Positions 1-8,948 of a stretch of DNA of 64,000 nucleotides are shown here, piece after piece (within the stretch, counting starts at the first letter, position 1; each line of letters opens with the position of its first letter). The stretch spans positions 128,001 through 192,000 of the forward strand of contig CAVQSP010000014.1 in assembly GCA_963715985.1 (NCBI GenBank), in the 5' to 3' direction. The position numbers were made by a program, and so were the translations under genes. Origin of the DNA: an uncultured Thermoleophilia bacterium. GTDB taxonomy: Bacteria > Actinomycetota > Thermoleophilia > UBA2241. Under the pieces are notes generated by a model, which was given only the letters and a program-made list of their open reading frames with translations, did no database searches and was not told where the DNA came from.

Positions 1-402
1 CGCCAACTTCTGGCGCATGCCGCCGGAGAGGCGGCCGGCGAGCCGCTTCTCCACGCCTTCGAGCCCGACGTCACGGAGCAGGTCCCCGCGCCGCGACGCC
101 AGCGTCTCCCCGCGCATTCCGTACGCGTCCCCGACGAACTCGATGTTCTCGGCCACGCTGAGGTCGGTGTACAGGCCGGAGGCGCCGGAGACGTAGCCGA
201 TGCGGCGCCGCTCCGGCGCTCGCACCGACCCGTGCTCCACGCGGGTCACGCCGGCGAGGGCGCGGAGCAGGGTGCTCTTGCCGGCACCGTCGCCGCCGAT
301 CACGGCCGTCACGGCGCCGGCAGGCACCGCCAGGGAGACGTCCGTGAGGGCGGCGTGACGGCCGTAGCGCACGCTCACGCCGCTGAGCCCCCAGCCGCTC
401 AC
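1..402 (-). CDS. ABC transporter ATP-binding protein (5' part; runs off the window)
   Basis: GTG at 402 overlaps the permease stop (GTGA); Walker A GGDGAGKST and signature LSGGMRQK in my translation. Confidence 0.9.
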   Translation of the reverse strand, partial: MSGWGLSGVSVRYGRHAALTDVSLAVPAGAVTAVIGGDGAGKSTLLRALAGVTRVEHGSVRAPERRRIGYVSGASGLYTDLSVAENIEFVGDAYGMRGETLASRRGDLLRDVGLEGVEKRLAGRLSGGMRQKLA

Positions 403-1496
403 CCGTCCGCCTCTTCGCCGGGGCGCTGCCGGGCGGGCGCCAGCTCGCGGCGGAACCGCAGCGTGGAAACCGTGGACACCACGGTCGCCATGACCGCGAG
501 GACGACCAGCGGGAGCCAGAGCGCGCCCAGCGGCGCCCCGCGCACCATCACGCCCCGCGCCACCTTGATGAAGTACGTGAGCGGCAGGAGGTAGCCGATC
601 CAGCGCACGGCCCACGGCATGGAGTAGAGCGGGAAGAAGAGGCCGCTGAGCAGGAACTGCGGCAGCAGCGTCATCATCGCCAGCTGGATGGCCTGCCCCT
701 GGGTCTGGGACACGGTGGAGATGAGCACGCCGATGCCCAGCGTGGTGAAGAGGAACAGGGCGGCGCCCAGGGCGAACACGGCCACGGAGCCGCGGAACGG
801 CACGTCGAAGAGGAGCATGCCGGCACCGACCACGATGACCATGTCGATGGCGGCGATGACGAAGTACGGGGCGATCTTGCCGATGAAGACGTCGCGGGGG
901 CGGAAGGGCATGACGGCCAGCTGCTCCATGGTGCCGGCCTGGCGCTCACGCACCACACCGAGCGCTGTAGCCACGGTACCGACGAACACCAGGATGATGC
1001 CGCAGAGCCCCGGGATCATGATCACGGCGGTGCGCAGGTCGGGGTTGAAGAGGACCTCAGTGCGGACGGCGAGGGCGGGCGAGGCGGCGCCTGCGCCCGC
1101 ACCCGGGGACGCCGCGGCCTGCGCCTGCACCTCCGCCAGAGCGCGGAGCGCCGCCTGGGCCGCGAAGAGCTCCGTGCCGTCGATGAGCAGCCGCGGCACC
1201 GCGTTCACCGTGGCCGGCGCCACCACGGCCACCACGGCCTCGCCGCGGCGCAGCGCCTCGCGCGCTTGCGCGTCCGAATCTGTGGGGCGGACGGCGACGA
1301 CGTCGAACTGCGCCGGCAGGGCGGCGGACACGAGGGCCGCACTCGGCCCTGTGACCAGCGTCGGCACCTGCTTGATGTCGAAGCTGGCCGCGTACCCGAA
1401 CACGACGAGGAAGAGGAAGGGCAGAAGGAAGAGCATGGCAACGGTGCGGCGGTCGCGCCGCAGTTGGCGGAACTCCTTGAGGATGATGGCCCACAT
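399..1496 (-). CDS. ABC-2 type exporter permease
   Basis: KEFRQLRRDRRT N-terminus, RERQAGTMEQL motif, multiple TM helices. Confidence 0.93.
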   Translation of the reverse strand: MWAIILKEFRQLRRDRRTVAMLFLLPFLFLVVFGYAASFDIKQVPTLVTGPSAALVSAALPAQFDVVAVRPTDSDAQAREALRRGEAVVAVVAPATVNAVPRLLIDGTELFAAQAALRALAEVQAQAAASPGAGAGAASPALAVRTEVLFNPDLRTAVIMIPGLCGIILVFVGTVATALGVVRERQAGTMEQLAVMPFRPRDVFIGKIAPYFVIAAIDMVIVVGAGMLLFDVPFRGSVAVFALGAALFLFTTLGIGVLISTVSQTQGQAIQLAMMTLLPQFLLSGLFFPLYSMPWAVRWIGYLLPLTYFIKVARGVMVRGAPLGALWLPLVVLAVMATVVSTVSTLRFRRELAPARQRPGEEADG

Positions 1497-1535
1497 GCGC
1501 GCCTCCGCGGCCGCGTCAGGGCGGCGCCGTCGGTG

Positions 1536-1571
1536 AATTCAACACGTGATGAATTCTACGCGCGTTGAATT
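1536..1571. promoter_or_regulatory. Two overlapping palindromic operators (TetR-like)
   Basis: AATTCA-N8-TGAATT (1536-1555) and AATTCT-N8-TGAATT (1552-1571), AT-rich, 40 bp upstream of the permease start. Confidence 0.6.
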
Positions 1572-1805
1572 ATCGGGTCAATTGCCGATTCCTACAAGAT
1601 GATGGGCTGATTCCGACGTCTGTGCGGACGTGTCCGAGACTGTTGATCTTGCCGAATCAGAAACGTCGACACCGGAGTCTGTTCTCCTGCCCTTGAGCCG
1701 TTGATGGCCGTCTGGTAGGTTTCGGACCCGCCCCGCGGCCCCCTCGGGCTGCCTCGGGGCCACCGCGGCCGCCCTCACGGGCCCCGCGGCCGTCGAGGAG
1801 GCGCA

Positions 1806-2843
1806 GTGGTCCGCAGTCACCCCAGACGTCTGCTTGTCGGCGTCGCGTTCGTCGGTCTCGCCGCGCTGGCTGCCGTCACCGTCGTCTCCGCTCTCCCCGA
1901 CACCCTGCGTGCCGCCTCCACCCAGCTGCTCTCCGCGCGCGAGCAGGCGCAGCGCCTGGCCGACGAGATAGCCGGTCTGGACGGGCGCATCGACGCGGCG
2001 GTGCGGGACTGCGCCGAAGCCACCGACGCCCTGCACTCCGTGCGCCGCCAGATCAGAGACACCAGCCGGCTGCAGAAGACCGGCAGGCAGGAGCTGCAGA
2101 CGGCGCGGGTCACGCTCGCCAACCGCGCCGTGGCGCTCTACAAGCACGACGACATCTCCACGCTGGACGCCATCCTCAGCGCCGGCGACTTCGCCGAGAT
2201 GGTGGACCAGCTCGCCCTCGTGCAGAGCGTGGCGCGTGCGGACCGCCAGATGCTGCGCGCCGTCGAGTCGGCGCAGCGCCGGCTCGAGCGCCGCGCCGCC
2301 AAGCTCGCGGCCGACGCGCGCACCGCCGAGAAGCTCGTCAAGCGCCGCGACCGGCAGCTCGCCACCATCCGCGCTCAGCTCGGTGAGCGTCAGGCGCTGC
2401 TGGACAGCACGCGCGCCGACATCCGCAGGCTCGCGGCCCGGCAGACGCCGGCCGCGCCGTCGCCCGGCCCCACGGTGGCGCCGCCGGAGCCGTCCGCGGA
2501 CGGGGGAGGCGACGGGGACGCGGGCGGCGAGGTCGCCGGCGGCCAAGGCCAGTGGTGGCCGCTCATCGAGCAGGCCGCGGCCGTCAACGGCGTCAGCGCC
2601 AAGGGCATGTACCGGCTGATGATGATCGAGTCGGGCGGCTACGCCTCCATCGTCGGCCCGGGCGGCTACTACGGCCTGTTCCAGTACGCGCCCTCCACCT
2701 GGAAGGGCTCCTGGAACCCGTACCGCTCCCACAGCATCACGGACGGCGCGGCGCAGATCCACGCCACGGCGCTCGCCCTCAAGATGGGCTACGGACACGC
2801 CTGGTGGGACCCGTCCTACTCCTGGGCCTTCGGCGGAGGGTGA
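1806..2843 (+). CDS. Secreted coiled-coil protein with C-terminal lytic transglycosylase-like domain
   Basis: Signal/TM segment, PcsB/CwlO-like coiled coil, Pro linker, IESGG...GLFQY lysozyme-fold motifs. Confidence 0.8.
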   Translation: MVRSHPRRLLVGVAFVGLAALAAVTVVSALPDTLRAASTQLLSAREQAQRLADEIAGLDGRIDAAVRDCAEATDALHSVRRQIRDTSRLQKTGRQELQTARVTLANRAVALYKHDDISTLDAILSAGDFAEMVDQLALVQSVARADRQMLRAVESAQRRLERRAAKLAADARTAEKLVKRRDRQLATIRAQLGERQALLDSTRADIRRLAARQTPAAPSPGPTVAPPEPSADGGGDGDAGGEVAGGQGQWWPLIEQAAAVNGVSAKGMYRLMMIESGGYASIVGPGGYYGLFQYAPSTWKGSWNPYRSHSITDGAAQIHATALALKMGYGHAWWDPSYSWAFGGG

Positions 2844-3496
2844 GCAAGCCGCTGCTGATGCTCGACCACGACGGGGTCGTGGTCGATTCGCTCGAGATCT
2901 TCTCCTCCGCCTTCCTCGAAGGCTGCCGCCGCTATGGCGTGACGGGCATCGCCACCCAGGACGACGTGCTCCGGCTCTTTCACGGCAACGTCTACGAGAG
3001 CCTGCGCGCGGCGGGGGCCGGCGACGAGCAGGTCCGCCGCGTGGTACGCAGGGCGGCGGACGCCCTGCGCCTGGCGCTGCCGGCCCTCCGTCCGTTCCCG
3101 CTGATGCCCGAGGTGCTGCGCGAGCTCGCGGAGGCGCGGTACCTGGTCATCGTGAGCTCCAACACCGCGGACGTCGTCGAGGCGTTCCTGAGACGTCACC
3201 TGATCCGTGGAGTGGCGGAGATCGCCGGGGCCGAGGTGGGGCGGAGCAAGGTGGACAAGATCGGCGCGCTCGTGGCGCGGTTCCCGGGCCAGGAGCGCTA
3301 CTGGTTCGTGGGCGACACGGCCGGAGACATGCGCGAAGCGCGCCTCGCCGGCGTCACGCCGCTGGGGGTCAAATGGGGCTGGCACGACCCCGAGGTGCTC
3401 GAGGAGGCCGGCGCGGAGTGCATCGCGGACTCGCCGGCCGACCTGCTCGCCATCGTCGCCCCCGAGCTCTCGGCGGACTTCCTCGGCGTCGGGTAG
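2840..3496 (+). CDS. HAD-superfamily hydrolase (phosphoglycolate phosphatase-like)
   Basis: GTG overlapping the previous stop; DHDGVVVDS, VSSN, VGDTAGD motifs. Confidence 0.9.
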   Translation: MSKPLLMLDHDGVVVDSLEIFSSAFLEGCRRYGVTGIATQDDVLRLFHGNVYESLRAAGAGDEQVRRVVRRAADALRLALPALRPFPLMPEVLRELAEARYLVIVSSNTADVVEAFLRRHLIRGVAEIAGAEVGRSKVDKIGALVARFPGQERYWFVGDTAGDMREARLAGVTPLGVKWGWHDPEVLEEAGAECIADSPADLLAIVAPELSADFLGVG

Positions 3497-3580
3497 CCTG
3501 CGTAGACTACCGGCGCGCCGACGGCGTTCGGGTGTGCCGGCCTCCGCGTGCCCGGCGCATGCGCGCCGCACGGCGTCGTC

Positions 3581-4057
3581 TCAGCCGGGCTCGCCGAGCT
3601 TCTCCACCGCCGCGGCCAGCCGCGCCGACGCCGCCTCGCTGAACCCGCCGGCGTCGTGAAACACGACCACGCCGGCCGCGTCGAGCAGCACGACCTGGGT
3701 GCGGTTCCCGCCCTCGTCGCCGAGGAAGGCGCGAGCCTTGCCGCCCTGCTCGTACAGCGTGACCACGCGCGACCACTGGCGCCGCGGCACGCCGCCGCGC
3801 ATGCCGCCGTCGATCAAGCCCTGCAGGGGGCGCCACACGAGGGCGGGGATGATGGGGAGCTCGAAGACGGGGAGCCAGGGCCACTCGCGGGCCGCGAGCT
3901 CGGCCCAGCGGTCCACGTCGGCCTGGGTGAGGCGCCGGTAGGCGCACAGCAGCAGCGCCGGCGCCCCCATGACGTCCTCGGGGAAGCGCACGCGCTCGCC
4001 GGAGAGGGCGAGGCCGGCGACGGAAGGGAAGCGGCGCCCGACGATGTCTTCGCTCAC
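3581..4057 (-). CDS. Thioredoxin-fold (ATP10-like) hypothetical protein
   Basis: FPSVAGLALSGERVRFP...LIDGGMRGGVP pattern; GTG start inferred. Confidence 0.65.
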   Translation of the reverse strand: MSEDIVGRRFPSVAGLALSGERVRFPEDVMGAPALLLCAYRRLTQADVDRWAELAAREWPWLPVFELPIIPALVWRPLQGLIDGGMRGGVPRRQWSRVVTLYEQGGKARAFLGDEGGNRTQVVLLDAAGVVVFHDAGGFSEAASARLAAAVEKLGEPG

Positions 4058-4091
4058 GCGCGCCGCGCCTCGTCCCGGGCCGTCGGCTGCA

Positions 4092-5246
4092 TCAGCGGCG
4101 GCGTGGCGGTCGCAGGCGGCCCGCGTCGCCGGGGCGCGGCGTGCCGGCGCCGCGCGTGCCGGTGCCGGCCCCATTGCCGCGCAGAGCGTACCGGCCGCCG
4201 CCGCGGTCCTCGATGACCGGCGAGTAGGCGATGCGGTTGTTGAAGCTGGAGCGCTTCATGCCGGCGGCCGCGCAGAGGCGCTCCAGCTCGTGCCTGTCCA
4301 TCGTCCCGCCGCTCTGGCGCAGGAGGCGGACGAGCGTGAGCTCCGTGGTCTCCAGCACCTCCTCAGCGGTGATCGGTCGCGTGGCCCGCACGCGATCCCC
4401 GGTCACGGCGAGGCCCGGGACGCGCTCGCACAGCTCGCCGAGGATGTACTCGGGCATGACGAAGTCCTTCATGCGTTCATCGCGGCGGATGCCTGCATGC
4501 AGGTCGGCGAGACTCGCCTCGCCGGCTACGCTGAGGATCTTGATCACGCGCCCCACGACGCCGTTCCTGGCCACGGACGGCAGGTAGAACCACCCGCTCC
4601 GGCGCTCGAGCCACACGAAGTCGTCGGGCTCGGCGACCACGGCAGTGACCAGCGCGTCGTCCACCCACACGGCAAGCTCGGCGGCCACGCGGCCGGCGAC
4701 GTCGCCCACGCGGGCGGCGCCGGTGCGGCGGACGATGGAGCGCGCCGTGTCGACGATGGCGGCGATGACGGCGGCCGTGTCTGCCGTAGGGTCCGGCGGG
4801 TTGGGCAGGACCACCCTCATGTCCTTGACCGTGTCCAGCACGAACGGCTGCTCGTGGCCGAGGATCTCCGCCGCGCGCAGCAGGCCGGCGGGGTCGAAGG
4901 GACGTTCTGTCACGTGCTCGTCGGCGAGGCGGCGTGCCAGCTCGAGCGCCGTGGTGGGGGCGCCGCCGCCGGCCACGCCCAGGGCGCGCTCGAGCGCCGG
5001 CGCGGGGACGGCGCCGCCGGCGTCCAGGTCCGCACCGGCGCGGATGCGCGTGATGAGCCGCTCGCACAGCTGCCGCACGCGCTCGCGGGTGATGCCGCCG
5101 AACTCACGCCCCGTAGCGTCCAGGGTGGCGCCCCCGCGCCCGTCCCAGCCCCAGTGCCGCACGGCGACCCTGGCGGTGCGGCCGTGCTCGGCGCGTTCGG
5201 CGATGGCGGCCAGTTCGGCCTCGAGTGAAGGGATCGACAGCTGCAC
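4092..5246 (-). CDS. Hypothetical protein with sigma-70 region 4-like HTH
   Basis: TLDATGREFGGITRERVRQL helix-turn-helix; good codon usage. Confidence 0.7.
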   Translation of the reverse strand: MQLSIPSLEAELAAIAERAEHGRTARVAVRHWGWDGRGGATLDATGREFGGITRERVRQLCERLITRIRAGADLDAGGAVPAPALERALGVAGGGAPTTALELARRLADEHVTERPFDPAGLLRAAEILGHEQPFVLDTVKDMRVVLPNPPDPTADTAAVIAAIVDTARSIVRRTGAARVGDVAGRVAAELAVWVDDALVTAVVAEPDDFVWLERRSGWFYLPSVARNGVVGRVIKILSVAGEASLADLHAGIRRDERMKDFVMPEYILGELCERVPGLAVTGDRVRATRPITAEEVLETTELTLVRLLRQSGGTMDRHELERLCAAAGMKRSSFNNRIAYSPVIEDRGGGRYALRGNGAGTGTRGAGTPRPGDAGRLRPPRRR

Positions 5247-5363
5247 GTGTTCCTCGTTCCGCGCTGTGAGCTAGCGAAAGGATACTACAGGGATGCTCCC
5301 ATGCCCGGCGCACCTGCACTATGATGGGTGGACACCTCCAAGCCTGCGCCCGGGGGGGAGCCG

Positions 5364-6203
5364 ATGGCCACTGAGAAGCCAAAGAAGAAGCACGACGAGG
5401 TCATGCCCGAGCACGGCGGGCACGTCAAGAAGCTCGACCTCAAGACCTACGAGGATGAGCTGGTCAAACTGCAGATCAGGCTCGTCACCCTACAGGAGTG
5501 GATCAAGCACGCCGGTCTGCGGGTGGCGGTGATCTTCGAGGGTCGCGATGCAGCCGGCAAGGGTGGCACCATCAAGCGCATCACCGAGCACCTCAACCCG
5601 CGCGTGGTGAGCATCGCCGCCCTGGGTACGCCCAACGACCGCGAGCGCACCGAGTGGTACTTCCAGCGCTACGTGGAGCACCTGCCGGCGGCGGGCGAGA
5701 TGGTGCTCTTCGACCGCTCCTGGTACAACCGCGCCGGCGTCGAGCGCGTCATGGGCTTCTGCAGCGAGGACGAGGTGTGGGAGTTCTTCCGCACCTGCCC
5801 GGAGTTCGAGCGCATGATCATCCGCAGCGGCATCATCCTGCTCAAGTACTGGTTCAGCGTGAGCGACGAGGAGCAGGAGCGGCGCTTCCAGAGCCGCCTC
5901 AAGGATCCTCTCAAGCTGTGGAAGCTCAGCCCCATGGACCTGGAGAGCCGCCTGCGTTGGGTGGAGTACTCCAAGGCCAAGGACGAGATGTTCTCGTACA
6001 CCGACACCAAGGATTCGCCGTGGTGGGTGGTGGACGCGGAGGACAAACGCCGTGCCCGTCTCAACATGATCCACCACCTGCTCGAATGCATCCCGCACGA
6101 GGACGTGTTGCCCAAGGACCTCAAGCTGGAGGAGCGGCCGGCCGAGAAGGGCTACGTGCGGCCGCCCATGGAGTCGCAGACCTTCGTGCCCGAGGTGTAC
6201 TGA
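5364..6203 (+). CDS. ppk2: Polyphosphate kinase 2
   Basis: FEGRDAAGKGG, FDRSWYNRAGVERVMGF motifs. Confidence 0.97.
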   Translation: MATEKPKKKHDEVMPEHGGHVKKLDLKTYEDELVKLQIRLVTLQEWIKHAGLRVAVIFEGRDAAGKGGTIKRITEHLNPRVVSIAALGTPNDRERTEWYFQRYVEHLPAAGEMVLFDRSWYNRAGVERVMGFCSEDEVWEFFRTCPEFERMIIRSGIILLKYWFSVSDEEQERRFQSRLKDPLKLWKLSPMDLESRLRWVEYSKAKDEMFSYTDTKDSPWWVVDAEDKRRARLNMIHHLLECIPHEDVLPKDLKLEERPAEKGYVRPPMESQTFVPEVY

Positions 6204-6319
6204 GCGCCACGCGCGAGAAGCCTCGCACTCACGCTCGCGCCCTCCCTGCCCGCGGCCGTGCCGGGTGAGGTGGGCTGCGGTGTCCCACGGGGTATACAGG
6301 GGGCACGAAGGAGTGAGCC

Positions 6320-6472
6320 ATGAACGAGTACTCATCTGAGCGGGACAGGACCAAGGTGGCCGCGGCAGAGCGCCCGATGTACGGACGCGCCCTCGCCGTG
6401 GGCGCAGTCGTGGTGTGGCTGGCGACGATGCTGCTGGTGCTCGGCCCCGCTGCCACGCGCGGGCTCTTCTAG
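6320..6472 (+). CDS. Small membrane protein, 50 aa (below the ORF-track cutoff)
   Basis: RBS GAAGGAG; MNEYSSERDRTKVAAAERPMYGRALAVGAVVVWLATMLLVLGPAATRGLF; followed by a hairpin. Confidence 0.65.
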   Translation: MNEYSSERDRTKVAAAERPMYGRALAVGAVVVWLATMLLVLGPAATRGLF

Positions 6473-6491
6473 CAGCCGGCGGACAGGACGA

Positions 6492-6533
6492 GTGACGAGG
6501 CCCCCGGCAGCTTGCTGCCGGGGGCCTCGTCAC
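6492..6533. terminator. Perfect hairpin between convergent genes
   Basis: GTGACGAGGCCCCCGGCAGC / GCTGCCGGGGGCCTCGTCAC. Confidence 0.8.
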
Positions 6534-6581
6534 GCCTCGACCACCGCAGAGGCGGCTGCGACTCCCCGCGGTCGCGAACGA

Positions 6582-6875
6582 TCAGTCGGTGCCGCCCTGC
6601 CCGCCGAACGGCTCGCCGATGAGCGGCAGGTCGGGCAGGGAGCGGGCGTCCCGCAGCGCGGCTCGCACCGCGTGCCCGACGTGATGGGTGAGAGCGTCGA
6701 GGTAGAAGCCGGACTCAGGCGCGGCAAGCACTCTCTCGAACGCGTCGAAGGAAGCGGTCATCTCGGCGAGGTCGTCCTGGGTGGCGGCTCGAGCCTCACC
6801 GGTGATCGACTCCGGAACGTCCAGGACCCACTGCAGCAACTCGTCGACCTCGACGAGGACGGACGGACGCGGCAC
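6582..6875 (-). CDS. Hypothetical protein
   Basis: AAAGGGGG RBS + GTG; protein-like composition; ends near the hairpin. Confidence 0.6.
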   Translation of the reverse strand: MPRPSVLVEVDELLQWVLDVPESITGEARAATQDDLAEMTASFDAFERVLAAPESGFYLDALTHHVGHAVRAALRDARSLPDLPLIGEPFGGQGGTD

Positions 6876-7171
6876 GGCGAACCCCCTTTGTCCGGCGTGG
6901 GCCGGCCTGCGATGTGGCGACGACGCCGGCCGGCGGAGATGCGAACGCCGCCGCCGGACGTGGGGCGACACGTGGTCTGCAGCGACCGGTCGCGAGCACG
7001 GTGCGCGGCGCCTGGCGCGGGGCCGGCATTCGGCGGCGGCGTTCGCAGCGGATGGTAGCAGGGAGGTCGGACGGAAGTTGGTGCACTCGTGACCTCCGGA
7101 GCGGCTTCACCTGGCCGCCACAGGCGGGTATCATCCCGCCACACGTCCCTGCTCCAAGCGAAGGAGAGCGC

Positions 7172-7387
7172 ATGTCCGACAGCGTCTACAAGGTCATGGA
7201 AGTCATCGGCTCGAGCCCCACCTCCTGGGAAGAGGCCGCGAAGAACGCAGTAGAGAAGGCCGGCATCCATCGCGAGGACCTGCGTGTGGCCGAGGTCATC
7301 GAGTTCGACATGAAGATCGACAACAAGCAGATCGTCGCGTTCCGCTCCAAGGTGAAGATCTCGTACAAGTACCACGAGGTCGTCTGA
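7172..7387 (+). CDS. Dodecin family protein
   Basis: AAGGAG RBS; VYKVMEVIGSSPTSWEEAAKNAV. Confidence 0.93.
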   Translation: MSDSVYKVMEVIGSSPTSWEEAAKNAVEKAGIHREDLRVAEVIEFDMKIDNKQIVAFRSKVKISYKYHEVV

Positions 7388-7395
7388 CGCTCTGC

Positions 7396-7442
7396 CACGG
7401 GCGGGGCGGGCGAGGCCGCAGGCCTCGCCCGCCCCGCCCGTG
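7396..7442 (+). terminator. Hairpin after dodecin
   Basis: 22-bp perfect stem with GCA loop. Confidence 0.75.
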
Positions 7443-7582
7443 TGCATCTGGCCTCCGGCGCAGGGCCGACGGCGGCCACTCCGTGCGCCGCGGCGTCGGG
7501 GCCGGCCACCGGGCGCGAGGTGGTGACGCGGCCTCGCAGGGTAGATGATTCGACGGAGCCGTGCGACGAAAGGACCGTCCTC

Positions 7583-8905
7583 GTGGCGAAGCCGACCTGG
7601 GCCGATTTCGGCAGCATCTGGAAGACCATCCGCGAGGTGGACGTCAACGCGATCCGCCACGAGGCGGAGCGTGGCGTGGCCATCGTGTGTGTGGGGCAGG
7701 TCGCGGCGCTGTGGCAGGCGGACCGCCTGCTGCGTGAGGGGCCCGACCGCTTCGCGCCGCAGCCGGACCCGCTGGCGCTCGTTCGCCTGGACGAGGCCGG
7801 GCGGTACCTGGACTACATCCGTGCGGCCGACCTGCTGATCCTGGCGCTGGATGCGGCGCCGGTGATGGGCGCCGGCGACCTCGACGGCCTGCGCACGCTC
7901 TCGGCGGCGGCGCGGCCGACCCAGGTCGTGCTGCTCGTCGGCGGCGGCGCCGGGGGTGAAGGGCCGGCCGGCCCGGGCGTGGGCGTCACGGGCGCCGATC
8001 CCGCCGTGCTGGCGTCCACCGCGTGGGCGCCGTATCTGGACGCCCGCCTCGCGCACTTCATCGATCCGGACGCGCCGGGCGCGGGCCTCAAGGTGGCCGG
8101 CGCCGTACTGGACGCCCTGCCGGCGGAGGCTTGGCTGGCGGCGGCGCGGCGCCTGCCGGGGCTGCGGCCCCTGTACGCGCAGCGGCTCACCGGCGAGGTC
8201 TCCGTGTCCAACGCGGCGTTCGCGCTGGCCTCGGGCGTGCCCTCGCTGGTGCCCTTCCTCGGCATCCCCATCTCGGCCGCCGACACCATCGTGCTCACCA
8301 AGAACCAGGCGCTCATGGTCTACCGCCTGGCGCTGGCCTGCGGCGCGCCGCCCGAGTTCCAGCGCCGCATGCTCGAGATCACCCCGGTCATCGGCGGCGC
8401 CGTGCTGTGGCGGCAGATCGCCGGGGCGCTGGTCGGCCTCGTGCCGGGGTACGGCATCGTGCCCAAGACCGCGGTCGCGTTCGGCGGCACCTACGTGGTC
8501 GGCCTGGCGGCGACGCGCTACTACGAGGCCGGCATCCTCACCGACGAGGAGCGCAAGCGCATCACCAGCGAGGCGGCGGCCAAGGCCCGCGACGCGGCCA
8601 CGACGATGGTGGCGCAGGCGCGCGCCGCCGGGGACAAGGCCGGCGCGCAGTCCAGGGGCGCAGCGGCGGCCGTGGCCGAGCGGGCGCGCGCCACGCGCGA
8701 CGAGCTCGCGGAGCGGGTGCGCGTCTCGCGCGACAAGGCCGCTCAGACTGCGCGTGCCGCGGGTCGCAAGGTGACACGGCGCGGCAAGGACGCCACGGCT
8801 GTGGACCCCGTGCCGTGGCCGGACGTCGCCCCGGAGCCGCCGGCCGGCACCGCTCCCTGGCCGGACGTTCCTCCCGAGCCTCCGCACGGAGGCGACGGCG
8901 GCTGA
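7583..8905 (+). CDS. DUF697/EcsC-like membrane-associated protein
   Basis: ADTIVLTKNQALMVYRLALACG, KTAVAFGGTYVVG; Ala-rich tail. Confidence 0.7.
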   Translation: MAKPTWADFGSIWKTIREVDVNAIRHEAERGVAIVCVGQVAALWQADRLLREGPDRFAPQPDPLALVRLDEAGRYLDYIRAADLLILALDAAPVMGAGDLDGLRTLSAAARPTQVVLLVGGGAGGEGPAGPGVGVTGADPAVLASTAWAPYLDARLAHFIDPDAPGAGLKVAGAVLDALPAEAWLAAARRLPGLRPLYAQRLTGEVSVSNAAFALASGVPSLVPFLGIPISAADTIVLTKNQALMVYRLALACGAPPEFQRRMLEITPVIGGAVLWRQIAGALVGLVPGYGIVPKTAVAFGGTYVVGLAATRYYEAGILTDEERKRITSEAAAKARDAATTMVAQARAAGDKAGAQSRGAAAAVAERARATRDELAERVRVSRDKAAQTARAAGRKVTRRGKDATAVDPVPWPDVAPEPPAGTAPWPDVPPEPPHGGDGG

Positions 8906-8948
8906 CAGCGGCGGCCGGGTCGCGACCCGGGTGCGATAGGCTTGAGCG

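Noticed and set aside
1600-1800. c-di-AMP (ydaO) riboswitch ahead of the cell-wall hydrolase
   Set aside because: Context fits, but I could not find the conserved motifs; only short inverted repeats
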